Part shown: piece by piece, positions 51,749 through 60,497 of the stretch
Position numbering within the stretch: position 1 is the stretch's first letter
Layout: every line of letters starts with the position of its first letter
The notes under the pieces: model-generated
Told to the model about the DNA's origin: nothing
Databases searched by the model: none
The model's input: only the letters and a program-made list of their open reading frames with translations
Assembly: GCA_009380075.1 (NCBI GenBank)
Contig: WHSO01000007.1
Location: 14,099 to 78,098 of the forward strand
DNA length: 64,000 nt
Direction of reading: 5' to 3'
Source of the DNA: Alphaproteobacteria bacterium
Lineage (GTDB): Bacteria > Pseudomonadota > Alphaproteobacteria > SMXQ01
Made by a program: the position numbers and the translations under genes

Positions 51749-52046
51749 CAAGAAAGGCAGCGGGGTCCCTGAAAAAGGGCTGTGCGACCCCGACATGTCC
51801 GAGCAGTGGAAGGCGCAAACCGGTTCGGCCCTTTTCGGTGGTGCGAGGTTTGGCCATGAGTTACGACGAGCATTCCTCCGGGTTCCGGCACCCGGACCAT
51901 GTTATTCATGTATTGGCAAACCTGTCGCCCGATGCTAGTTCGTTCCGGGCGAATCCCGTGCCGGGATTGGCCGCCTCCATGATTGGGGGAATCCTGAACC
52001 TCAATGGTTCATCGTGTCCATTCATGCAACCGGCTAATTAGGAATT

Positions 52047-53243
52047 ATGTCCGAATCCGAAAATCCACCTGAAGGCCGCAAGGTCCGGCTTCCGGTCGCG
52101 ATCAAGGTACTTGTTTGTTCGTCGTCCGAACACGTCATCGATACGACCCTTGACGTTCTCAAGAGCCTGGCAAGCGTATCGGTAGAGGTCGTGAGAGACG
52201 GCGCGTCGGCGCTGGGTCACGACCTTATCTTTCATCACAAGCCCGACGTCCTGATCGTCGATGTGCGGCTCGACAATCTGAGCGATCTGGAGCGGCTGAG
52301 CACGATCGCCCAGCAGGCTGACCAGCCCATCTACGTCATGGCGACGTCGCGGGAATCGGACGTCGAGGGTATCCGGCGCCTCATGCGGCTCGGAATCAGC
52401 GATTTTCTGCCCCAGCCCATCAATACCGACGAGCTTATCCTCGGCCTTCAGAACGCGGCGCGCAAGGTTAGGATGCGCAAGCCGTTGCCCGGCAGCCATA
52501 TCATCACCTTTCTCCACGGCAGCGGCGGCGCCGGGGCAACGACGCTCGCGGTCAATGCGGCAGCGTGTCTCAAGGCGGCCAACAAGGACAATAATGTCTG
52601 CGTGCTGGACATGGACGTGCAGTTCGGTCAGGTCGCTCTCAACCTCGACCTGAGCAACGCGCGGGGCATCCTTGACGTGATCGAGGCTCCGGAACGTCTG
52701 GACGCGACGTTTCTTGAAAGTCTGATGGCGCATCATGAGTCCGGTATCGACGTGCTTTCCGCCCCTGACGTTCTGCTGGCGCTCGACAGCTTTTCACCGG
52801 AATTTGCGGGCCGTCTCCTCAACATCGCAATGGAGCTGTACGACTTTATCGTCGTCGACATGCCGATCGCCCTGACCAATTGGTCCCAGACGATACTTGG
52901 ACGGACCAGTGTGGTCGTCCTGGTGGGACAGCTCACGGTTCCGGGAATCCGGCAGCTCCGCCGCCTGGTGTCGATCATGGCTGCGGACGGGGCCGGCGAC
53001 CTCGACATGCTCGTGGTCCTGAATCGCTACCTGGGTGGCTGGAAGGGCTCGATCCAGCCCGACGAGGCGGGGAAGGCACTGGGCCGCCCGATCGATTTCC
53101 TGGTTGCCAACGACTACAAGACCGTCAGCGCCGCTGTCGACCGCGGGATTCTCCTTTCGGAGATTTCGGGCCGGGCGAGGATCGTTAAGGATGTTGAGAA
53201 GCTCGCCCAGGGCATTCTCAATAAGATCAGCGTCGTACAATAG
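52047..53243 (+). CDS. cpaE: pilus assembly protein CpaE/TadZ (receiver-like domain + ParA/MinD-like ATPase)
   Basis: N-terminal CheY-like fold and C-terminal deviant Walker A region (LHGSGGAGATTLAVNAA). Confidence 0.85.
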   Translation: MSESENPPEGRKVRLPVAIKVLVCSSSEHVIDTTLDVLKSLASVSVEVVRDGASALGHDLIFHHKPDVLIVDVRLDNLSDLERLSTIAQQADQPIYVMATSRESDVEGIRRLMRLGISDFLPQPINTDELILGLQNAARKVRMRKPLPGSHIITFLHGSGGAGATTLAVNAAACLKAANKDNNVCVLDMDVQFGQVALNLDLSNARGILDVIEAPERLDATFLESLMAHHESGIDVLSAPDVLLALDSFSPEFAGRLLNIAMELYDFIVVDMPIALTNWSQTILGRTSVVVLVGQLTVPGIRQLRRLVSIMAADGAGDLDMLVVLNRYLGGWKGSIQPDEAGKALGRPIDFLVANDYKTVSAAVDRGILLSEISGRARIVKDVEKLAQGILNKISVVQ

Positions 53244-53353
53244 CCCTGTCACGGCGTGAAAGGGGCGTCCCGCAAAGGGATTCTTAAGACATTCTCGGGT
53301 AACGTTTAACCATGTTCCACCCGTGATCCTGTTTCGGAAGAGGCCCCAACAAG

Positions 53354-54796
53354 ATGTTCTTCCTGCCCTCGAAATCGAACGGCCAGGCCAAGGCCGACAC
53401 GCCCGCGAGCACACCGTCGCCGGTCCGCAAGAGCGCGGTATCGGCCGAGGTTGCGGAGCTACGGCCGGCCGAAAGAGATCTTTACGAAGTTACGGAAGTG
53501 GCGCGCCGGGAATCGGCGCGCGATGAAGCGTACGTCAACCTCAAGGTCCGCCTTCATCAGAAACTTCTCGAGAAAATCAATTTCGCAGCGCTCGAAAAGC
53601 TCGAGGCTTCCCAGATCGAAATGCAGATCGGAGAACTCGTTCGTGAGCTGCTGCAAGAAGAACAGGTGCCCCTGAACCAGAAGGAACACGGGCAACTTGT
53701 TTCCGATATCATTGACGAGGTTCTGGGTCTTGGACCGATCGAGCCGCTGATCAAGGACGCAACGGTTTCCGATATTCTGATCAATACCTACAATCAGGTC
53801 TACGTCGAAAGAAAAGGTCGCCTGCAGTTGACGCCCGTCCGATTCAAGGACGACCGTCACCTTCTTCGCATCATCGGCAAGATCGTCTCAAGTGTCGGCC
53901 GCCGGATCGACGAATCCTCGCCCATGGTCGACGCGCGCCTCAAGGACGGTTCACGCGTCAATGCCATCATTCCGCCGCTTGCAGTGGACGGTCCCCTGGT
54001 CTCGATTCGTAAGTTCGGCACCATGCGGCCGAGCATGGACAATCTGATCGCCGCGAACTCCATCACGCAGGAGATCGCCGAGCTTCTGAGATCCATCGTG
54101 TCCGCCCGCCTCAATATTCTGATTTCCGGAGGTACCGGCAGCGGCAAGACGACGATGCTCAACGCGATGTCGAGCTTCATCAGCAACGCCGAGCGAATCG
54201 TGACCATCGAAGACGCTGCGGAACTGCAATTGCAGCAGCCCCACATCGTGAGGCTCGAAACGCGCCCGGCCAACATCGAGGGCAAGGGCGAAATTTCCCA
54301 GCGCGACCTGGTCAAGAACGCCCTTCGTATGCGCCCCGACCGCGTGATCATCGGTGAGGTTCGTGCCGGTGAAGCGTTCGACATGTTGCAGGCGATGAAC
54401 ACCGGCCACGACGGCTCGATGACGACCATTCACGCCAACACCTGCCGTGATGCGACGGCCCGTGTCGAGCAAATGGTCATGATGTGCGGTTTTGACCTGC
54501 CCATCCGGAGCATCCGGGCGCAGATTGCATCGGCCATCGAGGTCGTTCTGCAACTGGAGCGCATGTCCGACGGCGGCCGTCGCCTGACGAGCCTGTATGA
54601 AATCACGGGCATGGAAGGCGACATCATTACCATGCAGGAAATTTTCCGGTATCACAGGCTGGGCGTGGATGACAATGGCCGCGTTCACGGCGAATTCCGT
54701 GCGACGGGCACGCGTCCCAGGTTCGTCGACAAGTTCAAGGCTCTCGGCGTCTCCATCAGCGACAATATGTTCGCCCCGGATCAGAAACTGGGTTAG
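53354..54796 (+). CDS. cpaF: CpaF/TadA family secretion ATPase
   Basis: Walker A GGTGSGKTT. Asp box, Walker B and His box (NTGHDGSMTTIHAN). Confidence 0.9.
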   Translation: MFFLPSKSNGQAKADTPASTPSPVRKSAVSAEVAELRPAERDLYEVTEVARRESARDEAYVNLKVRLHQKLLEKINFAALEKLEASQIEMQIGELVRELLQEEQVPLNQKEHGQLVSDIIDEVLGLGPIEPLIKDATVSDILINTYNQVYVERKGRLQLTPVRFKDDRHLLRIIGKIVSSVGRRIDESSPMVDARLKDGSRVNAIIPPLAVDGPLVSIRKFGTMRPSMDNLIAANSITQEIAELLRSIVSARLNILISGGTGSGKTTMLNAMSSFISNAERIVTIEDAAELQLQQPHIVRLETRPANIEGKGEISQRDLVKNALRMRPDRVIIGEVRAGEAFDMLQAMNTGHDGSMTTIHANTCRDATARVEQMVMMCGFDLPIRSIRAQIASAIEVVLQLERMSDGGRRLTSLYEITGMEGDIITMQEIFRYHRLGVDDNGRVHGEFRATGTRPRFVDKFKALGVSISDNMFAPDQKLG

Positions 54797-54802
54797 CCCG
54801 TC

Positions 54803-55777
54803 ATGTCTGACAAGCAGATCGAATACCTTCTTTACGCGGTGGTCTTCGTCGGGGTCCTTCTCTTCGTGGAGGGGATTTACTACCTGATCGTCGGGCGCGG
54901 CAGCGGCGCCGAGGCGGTCAACCGCCGCATGAAAATGCTTGCGACCGGTCGGGGAACGAAGGACGTCCTGGAAACGCTGCGTCGCGGCGGTGACAGCGCC
55001 GAAGGTCCCTACGGAGCCGTGCCGGGGCTGGCTGCGCTGGACCTGCTCATTTCGCAATCGGGAGTGTCGGTCACCCTGGGACGTGTTTTCCTTACTATGG
55101 GTATCCTGGCCGTTGGGCTGACTTGCGCGCTCCTGCTTTTCGTCCCGTTGCTGCCGTTCTACCTCGCGCCGCTCGTCGGTGCCGGGCTTGCCATCGGGCT
55201 TGTGGTGTTTTTCTTCCGGTTCAAGAAGAAGAGCAGGATCAAGAAGCTTTCCCAGCAGCTGCCTGATGCGCTCGATCTGATGGTCCGAAGCCTGCGGGCC
55301 GGCCATCCCATGACGGCGTCACTCGGCCTGGTCGCCCGTGAAATGCCCGACCCAATGGGAACGGAAATCGGCATCGTTTCCGACGAAATGACCTATGGCC
55401 TCGATTTTCGCGCCGCGCTTGAGAATCTGCGGCAGCGTGTTCCGGCGCCCGACCTGCACTACCTGATCGTGACCATTAACATTCAGCATGGCACGGGCGG
55501 CAACCTGGCTGAAGTCCTCGGCAACCTGTCCATGGTGATCCGGTCGCGGTACCAGATGTTCGCCAAGATCCGCGCACTGTCGGCGGAAGGGCGCATATCG
55601 GCCACGATTCTCAGCGTCATCCCGTTCTTCGTGATGGCGGCGGTCTGGGTGACGACGCCCGGTTACTACACCGCGGTGCTGGGTGACCCTGCGCTTCCGG
55701 TGATCGGCGGCATCGCGTTGGCGATGGAAGTAACGGCGATTGGCGTCATGTGGAAGATGGTCAACTTCAAGTTCTAA
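54803..55777 (+). CDS. tadB: Tad pilus inner-membrane platform protein TadB (T2SSF family)
   Basis: T2SS-F domain with TM helices. Position after cpaF. Confidence 0.85.
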   Translation: MSDKQIEYLLYAVVFVGVLLFVEGIYYLIVGRGSGAEAVNRRMKMLATGRGTKDVLETLRRGGDSAEGPYGAVPGLAALDLLISQSGVSVTLGRVFLTMGILAVGLTCALLLFVPLLPFYLAPLVGAGLAIGLVVFFFRFKKKSRIKKLSQQLPDALDLMVRSLRAGHPMTASLGLVAREMPDPMGTEIGIVSDEMTYGLDFRAALENLRQRVPAPDLHYLIVTINIQHGTGGNLAEVLGNLSMVIRSRYQMFAKIRALSAEGRISATILSVIPFFVMAAVWVTTPGYYTAVLGDPALPVIGGIALAMEVTAIGVMWKMVNFKF

Positions 55778-55804
55778 CCAGGTTAAAATCGGAAACAGGC
55801 TTCC

Positions 55805-56773
55805 ATGCAGGCGCTGAATTCTTTTCTGCTGAACAACCTTGAGGTCATCGCCCTCGTTGCGATTTTTGGCGCTGTCGTTCTGGCGGTGATGGCGGTCGTC
55901 AGCCTCGTGCGCGGCCGTAATCCGGCCGTGCAGCGACTTGCCGGCGTGAGGACTTCCGGAAACGGCGGTTCCGGACAGGATGCTTCCCTTCGCCTCGATG
56001 ACGAAAAGATCGGCGTTTTCGGCCGCGCGCTGAAATCCATCGAATCCCAGCTTCTGCCCTCGGACGAGAATGAGCTCACCGAATCCCGGAAGAAAATGCT
56101 GCGCGCAGGCTTCCACGCCAAGTCCGCGCTTCGCATCTATTTCTTCATGCGGCTCGTGCTCGGGGTCGTCTTCCCGGTCCTCATACTCATCATCCTTCCC
56201 GAAGTCAGTTCGATGACGTGGGAAAGGGTCGCGCTGGCCGCCGGCGTGATGGGCATCGTCGGCATTTACGCGCCCATGTTCTGGGTTTCCTACCAGACTT
56301 CTGTCCGGCAGCAGGCCTGCCGGGACGGCTTCCCCGACGCGCTCGACATGCTTCTTGTCAGCGTCGAGGCGGGCCTCGGTCTGGATGCGGCGATCAACCG
56401 TGTCGCGGCCGAGATCGGGACCGCCCACCCCGTGCTTGGCGAACATTTCCGCAGGGTCGGCTCGGAACTCCGAGCGGGCCGGTCCCGGGAAATGGCGCTG
56501 CGAAGCATGGCCGACCTCATCGGGATCGAGGAGGTAGGGTCTCTCGTCACCATTCTGATTCAGTCGGAATTGCTCGGCACCAGCATTGGGTCCGCCTTGC
56601 GTGTGCATGCCGACGACATGCGCCTCAAGCGTCTTATGAAGGCGGAGGAAAAGGCACACATGCTGCCGGTCAAAATGACCGTCCCGCTCATTCTCGGCAT
56701 TTTGCCCCCGCTCGTGCTCGTGATCCTTGCGCCGGCCATCATCAACTTCATGCGGGTAGGCGGTAATGGCTGA
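55805..56773 (+). CDS. tadC: Tad pilus inner-membrane platform protein TadC (T2SSF family)
   Basis: T2SS-F domain. Second platform paralog. Confidence 0.85.
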   Translation: MQALNSFLLNNLEVIALVAIFGAVVLAVMAVVSLVRGRNPAVQRLAGVRTSGNGGSGQDASLRLDDEKIGVFGRALKSIESQLLPSDENELTESRKKMLRAGFHAKSALRIYFFMRLVLGVVFPVLILIILPEVSSMTWERVALAAGVMGIVGIYAPMFWVSYQTSVRQQACRDGFPDALDMLLVSVEAGLGLDAAINRVAAEIGTAHPVLGEHFRRVGSELRAGRSREMALRSMADLIGIEEVGSLVTILIQSELLGTSIGSALRVHADDMRLKRLMKAEEKAHMLPVKMTVPLILGILPPLVLVILAPAIINFMRVGGNG

Positions 56774-56810
56774 TTTTTATCTGTTCACTCCCGTACGGAC
56801 GAGGATTGAC

Positions 56811-58730
56811 ATGACGGACTCGCCCAATCCGCAGCACGGATTGCGCCTTCTGGTGCCATTGGTCGGCCTGGCCTTGACGGGATGTGCGTGGCCCGTGGCC
56901 GGAGACGCGTCGAGGCCGGAGTTGGATTCCCAGGCATGGATCGAGCAAAGGTACGAACATGCCAAGGGCATGCTGGCCGAGGGTCATTACGGGCTCGCGA
57001 TGCAAAACTTCCGTGATGTCCTGCGGTATGATCGCTACTCCGTCAAGGCGTTGAACGGACTTGCGGCATCCTATGACAAGCTGGGTCGTTACGATCTGGC
57101 GCAGCGCTACTACAAGAAGGCGCTCGTCGTGGAGCCGACTTCCTTTCAGACGCTCAACAACATCGGCTATTCCTACCTGCTCGCCGGCAAGTATGAGGAG
57201 GCACGTGAATTCCTCGGCAAGGCGGCCGCGATCGACGGCACCAATACCACGGTTGTAGCCAACCTGAAACAATTGGTCGCGAAGGAGGTCGCCGCGCTGT
57301 CCGAGAAGAGCGCTGCCAAGGCCTCCGAGGCCGCGAACGCGCCATCGCGAGATGGGACCGGTGAAGTGGACAACGAGAGGAGAATGTGGGTCGAGCGCTC
57401 GAGCGCGGCGGTCCAGGTGTTGATCACGCGGCCGGATTCGGATCTGGTCGAATGGGCGAATTCAAACGGGATCGAGCCGCGCTGGGTCCACATCGAAAAG
57501 CCCGAGGGCACGACTCCGGCGAGCAGGATCACGGTCCTCACCGAACGCTACCCGGCCGTGAAGCCCGCAAGCGGCCCGTCCCTGACCGCCGCCGCCCGGC
57601 AACCCTCCGACCCGGCGACGGGCCCCGCCGTGACGGCTGCCGTGTCGCCGGCGGTGTCGGGTCCCGAAGCATTGTCGACGTCCAGGCCGGGGGCAGGGGA
57701 TGTCGCCGCAGGCGTCGCGCAGACTCCGGCACCCGAGGCTTCGACCGAAATACCCTCCGCGAGCACCGCGACCGAACCGGCACCGAACTCCGGTACCGCC
57801 ACTGCTGAGAACACGGCGAAAGCACCTGAAACCACGACGGAGCAGCCGTCCGTCAACGTAGTGGCCGACCCGGCGCCTGCTTCCGGCTCGCACGACACCG
57901 CGGGCACCGGCGAATCCGCAAAGGCGCCCGAGGTTCCGGCCGACACGTCTTCTGCAAAAATCGACAATGTTGCCGAGCGCCCCGCCCCGGTTGAGGCGGG
58001 CACCGGCCCTGCCGGTCCGAAGGCCGACATGAATCCCGAAGCAGCCGGCGTCCCCGGCGATGCTCCGCGGGACCTGGTCAAGGAAAGCCCCGTTATGTCT
58101 AACCGAGGGGATGGAAAGCCGTTGGATCTGATGCCGACGCCCCCCGCCGACACGTCCGTCGCCGGTGCGCCGGTGCAATCCGCGGGCCTTTCTAGTGGGA
58201 CGGACGCGGCGGAGCCCAGGGCGGACGCGAAGACGAACTGGATCGAAACCCCATGGCGGGATCCCCAAGCCGGGCAAGCCGGGGATGTGGCGCCGAAGGC
58301 AATGGCCGATCCCGAATCTGCCGAACCGCCGAAGGGGAGCGATCAACTGGCCGCTCTTGCCCCGGTCGAACCGGATTTCTCCGAGCATAGGGCCGGTCAG
58401 GACACGGTCCAGCCGCGGGTCCTGGAAATTTCCAACGGTGCGGGTCGCCTCGCGATGGCGGCGCGCATGGAGGAACACCTCAAGAGTTTGAATATTCCTC
58501 TGATCAATCTTACAAACGCGATGAGTTTCACCAACAAGAAATCGGTGTTATATTTCAAGCCCGGTTTCGAGGCGGCGGCCATGAGGATCTCGTTGGTGCT
58601 GCCGCTTCGGCCGGAGTTGCGGCGCAATCCGGCCCTGGTGCCGGACCTTCGTCTCGTGCTTGGGGGGGACATGCTCGATTTTGATTATCAGCTTATCGCG
58701 CGGAAGCTCGTCGCGGATTCAACCCGATGA
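56811..58730 (+). CDS. lipoprotein with N-terminal TPR repeats, a long Pro/Ala/Thr-rich linker and a C-terminal LytR_C-like domain
   Basis: GAGGA RBS. Lipobox LTGC. Three TPR-like repeats (residues ~60-170). About 350 aa of low-complexity PAT-rich sequence. C-terminal motif RVLEISNGAGRLAMAARMEEHLKSLNIPLINLTNAMSFTNKKSVLYFKPGFEAAAMRIS matches the LytR_C pattern. Confidence 0.6.
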   Translation: MTDSPNPQHGLRLLVPLVGLALTGCAWPVAGDASRPELDSQAWIEQRYEHAKGMLAEGHYGLAMQNFRDVLRYDRYSVKALNGLAASYDKLGRYDLAQRYYKKALVVEPTSFQTLNNIGYSYLLAGKYEEAREFLGKAAAIDGTNTTVVANLKQLVAKEVAALSEKSAAKASEAANAPSRDGTGEVDNERRMWVERSSAAVQVLITRPDSDLVEWANSNGIEPRWVHIEKPEGTTPASRITVLTERYPAVKPASGPSLTAAARQPSDPATGPAVTAAVSPAVSGPEALSTSRPGAGDVAAGVAQTPAPEASTEIPSASTATEPAPNSGTATAENTAKAPETTTEQPSVNVVADPAPASGSHDTAGTGESAKAPEVPADTSSAKIDNVAERPAPVEAGTGPAGPKADMNPEAAGVPGDAPRDLVKESPVMSNRGDGKPLDLMPTPPADTSVAGAPVQSAGLSSGTDAAEPRADAKTNWIETPWRDPQAGQAGDVAPKAMADPESAEPPKGSDQLAALAPVEPDFSEHRAGQDTVQPRVLEISNGAGRLAMAARMEEHLKSLNIPLINLTNAMSFTNKKSVLYFKPGFEAAAMRISLVLPLRPELRRNPALVPDLRLVLGGDMLDFDYQLIARKLVADSTR

Positions 58731-59644
58731 TCCCGCGCGCGAAAGTGTGGCGTTGGCGTAACCTGGCGTTTGCGATCCTGGCGATCGGGCTCGCGGGCTG
58801 TCAGACGACGGGTAGCCAGGGACCGGCGGCAGACCAGGAAACGGCCCGCCTGTTGGCGACGGCCGCCGAAGACGAGGCGCGGCTCGTCCGTGACTTGGGC
58901 CAGGCGCTGGAAAAGGGCGAGCTGTCCAAAGCCCGGATCCTGATCGAGCGGCTCCGGAGCTTCCGGCCCGACCAACCCGAAGCGCGCCTGGGTGAAGGCG
59001 AAATCGAACTGTCGCAAGGGCACTACGCTGCGGCGATCGCGGCCTTCGAAAAGCTGCTCACCGTCTCGCCGGTGTCCGCCAGGGCCCACCAGGGTCTCGG
59101 CCTTGCCTTTCTCCTTACCGGCCGGTCCGACGCCGCCAAGAAGCACTTCGACATCGCGCTGGAACTCGACCCGAACCTGTGGCGTTCGTGGAATGGTCTC
59201 GGCTACTACCATGATGTGTACAAACAATGGGTCGAGTCCGAGAAAAACTACACCCAGGCGCTCAAGCTGAAACCCGAATCGGCCGCCGTCATCAACAATC
59301 GCGGCTTTTCGCGGCTCCTGCAGTCGCAGTACGAACAGGCTGCCGAAGATTTCCTCGCCGCGCTGCGGCTCAATCCGAAGCTGACAGTGGCGCGGACCAA
59401 CCTGCAGATCGCGTTCGCCTGGCTCGGCAAGTACGAACAGGCGCTCGCCGGCGTCAGCCCCGAAACCCTGCCCCGGGCCCTCAACAACGTTGGGTACGTC
59501 GCGATGCTCCGGGGCGACTACTCGGCGGCGGAGGCCTACTTCACACGTGCGATGGACGCAAGCCCCAGCTACGACGAGCAGGCTGCAGCGAACCTGCGCC
59601 GACTCGACGCGCTCAAGTCGAACAAGAACATTTCGAAGAAATAG
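58727..59644 (+). CDS. tadD: TPR-repeat lipoprotein, TadD-like
   Basis: Lipobox LAGC. Multiple TPR repeats. Overlaps the previous stop (ATGA). Confidence 0.7.
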   Translation: MIPRAKVWRWRNLAFAILAIGLAGCQTTGSQGPAADQETARLLATAAEDEARLVRDLGQALEKGELSKARILIERLRSFRPDQPEARLGEGEIELSQGHYAAAIAAFEKLLTVSPVSARAHQGLGLAFLLTGRSDAAKKHFDIALELDPNLWRSWNGLGYYHDVYKQWVESEKNYTQALKLKPESAAVINNRGFSRLLQSQYEQAAEDFLAALRLNPKLTVARTNLQIAFAWLGKYEQALAGVSPETLPRALNNVGYVAMLRGDYSAAEAYFTRAMDASPSYDEQAAANLRRLDALKSNKNISKK

Positions 59645-59658
59645 TCGTGACCGGTGCC

Positions 59659-60174
59659 ATGGGCTCCGTAGCGCATGATCTGGCCAGGAGTGCGATCGAC
59701 TTCGCTTTTATCCTTCTGGTTCTCTGGGCAATTGTCAGCGATTTCCTGAAGCTCAGGATTCCCAACTCCGTATCGGTGGGAATGGTGCTGCTGTTTGTGG
59801 CATTCATGGTGCTGCTGCGTCCGTCGCCGCCATGGACCAGCCATCTGGCGGCCTTTGCCCTGGTTTTCGCCATTTCCCTTCTGTTGTTTTACTTCAATGC
59901 GATGGGCGGCGGCGACGTGAAGTTCCTTGCGGCCACCTCGTTGTGGGTAGGCTTGAGCGCACTTCCCTCGTTCCTGGTCGTAGTGGCGCTCCTTGGTGGG
60001 GCGGTCTCCCTGCTGTTGCTGGCAATACGCCTTTACACGCGCCGGTTCGCCGCCGCATCCATCCCGGCGTCCCTCAGGCCCGGTCAACCCGTGCCGTACG
60101 GCGTCGCCATAGGGGGCGCTGCGCTGGTTCTGCAGTATACGACCGAATTCTCGAAGTATTTCGCTGGTCCGTGA
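59659..60174 (+). CDS. cpaA: prepilin peptidase CpaA/TadV (A24 family)
   Basis: Two catalytic Asp contexts (VSDFLKLRIPN and GGGDVKF). ~171 aa polytopic membrane protein. An in-frame GTG at 59647 is an alternative start. Confidence 0.8.
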   Translation: MGSVAHDLARSAIDFAFILLVLWAIVSDFLKLRIPNSVSVGMVLLFVAFMVLLRPSPPWTSHLAAFALVFAISLLLFYFNAMGGGDVKFLAATSLWVGLSALPSFLVVVALLGGAVSLLLLAIRLYTRRFAAASIPASLRPGQPVPYGVAIGGAALVLQYTTEFSKYFAGP

Positions 60175-60384
60175 CGCGGTCGCCCGTTCGTCGCGGCGCG
60201 GCGGGAGGCGGCGTGCGCGGCCGCCGTCTCGGTGCCTGTGCCCTAACTATATGATCTGCCTAAAGTATTACTGAAAAATCGGCCCGATATATATTGACCC
60301 GTGGCGGAAAGGCTTTATATCCTGCCCGAATTCCCGAACCGTCTTTCACGCGATGGTCCGGCGGTGCCGGCCCGGAATCGATGG

Positions 60385-60400
60385 TTAAGGTATCTTTAAC
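60385..60400. promoter_or_regulatory. CtrA-box motif TTAA-N7-TTAAC, followed by an extra TTAAC half site at 60404..60408
   Basis: TTAAggtatctTTAACcaaTTAAC read directly, about 100 nt upstream of the TolC-like gene. Confidence 0.4.
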
Positions 60401-60430
60401 CAATTAACCTTACGGTTCTACACCATCGCA

Positions 60431-60470
60431 TGGTTCAACGACTCGCGATCACGTGGTTCAACGATTCGCG
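60431..60470. repeat. tandem 17-bp direct repeat (tggttcaacgaYtcgcg x2, period 23 bp) in the promoter of the TolC-like gene
   Basis: Repeat 1 at 60431..60447 and repeat 2 at 60454..60470, one mismatch. Ends 27 nt before the ATG at 60498. Confidence 0.6.
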
Positions 60471-60497
60471 GCTGCTCAGGATCGCAAAGGGGGAGTG

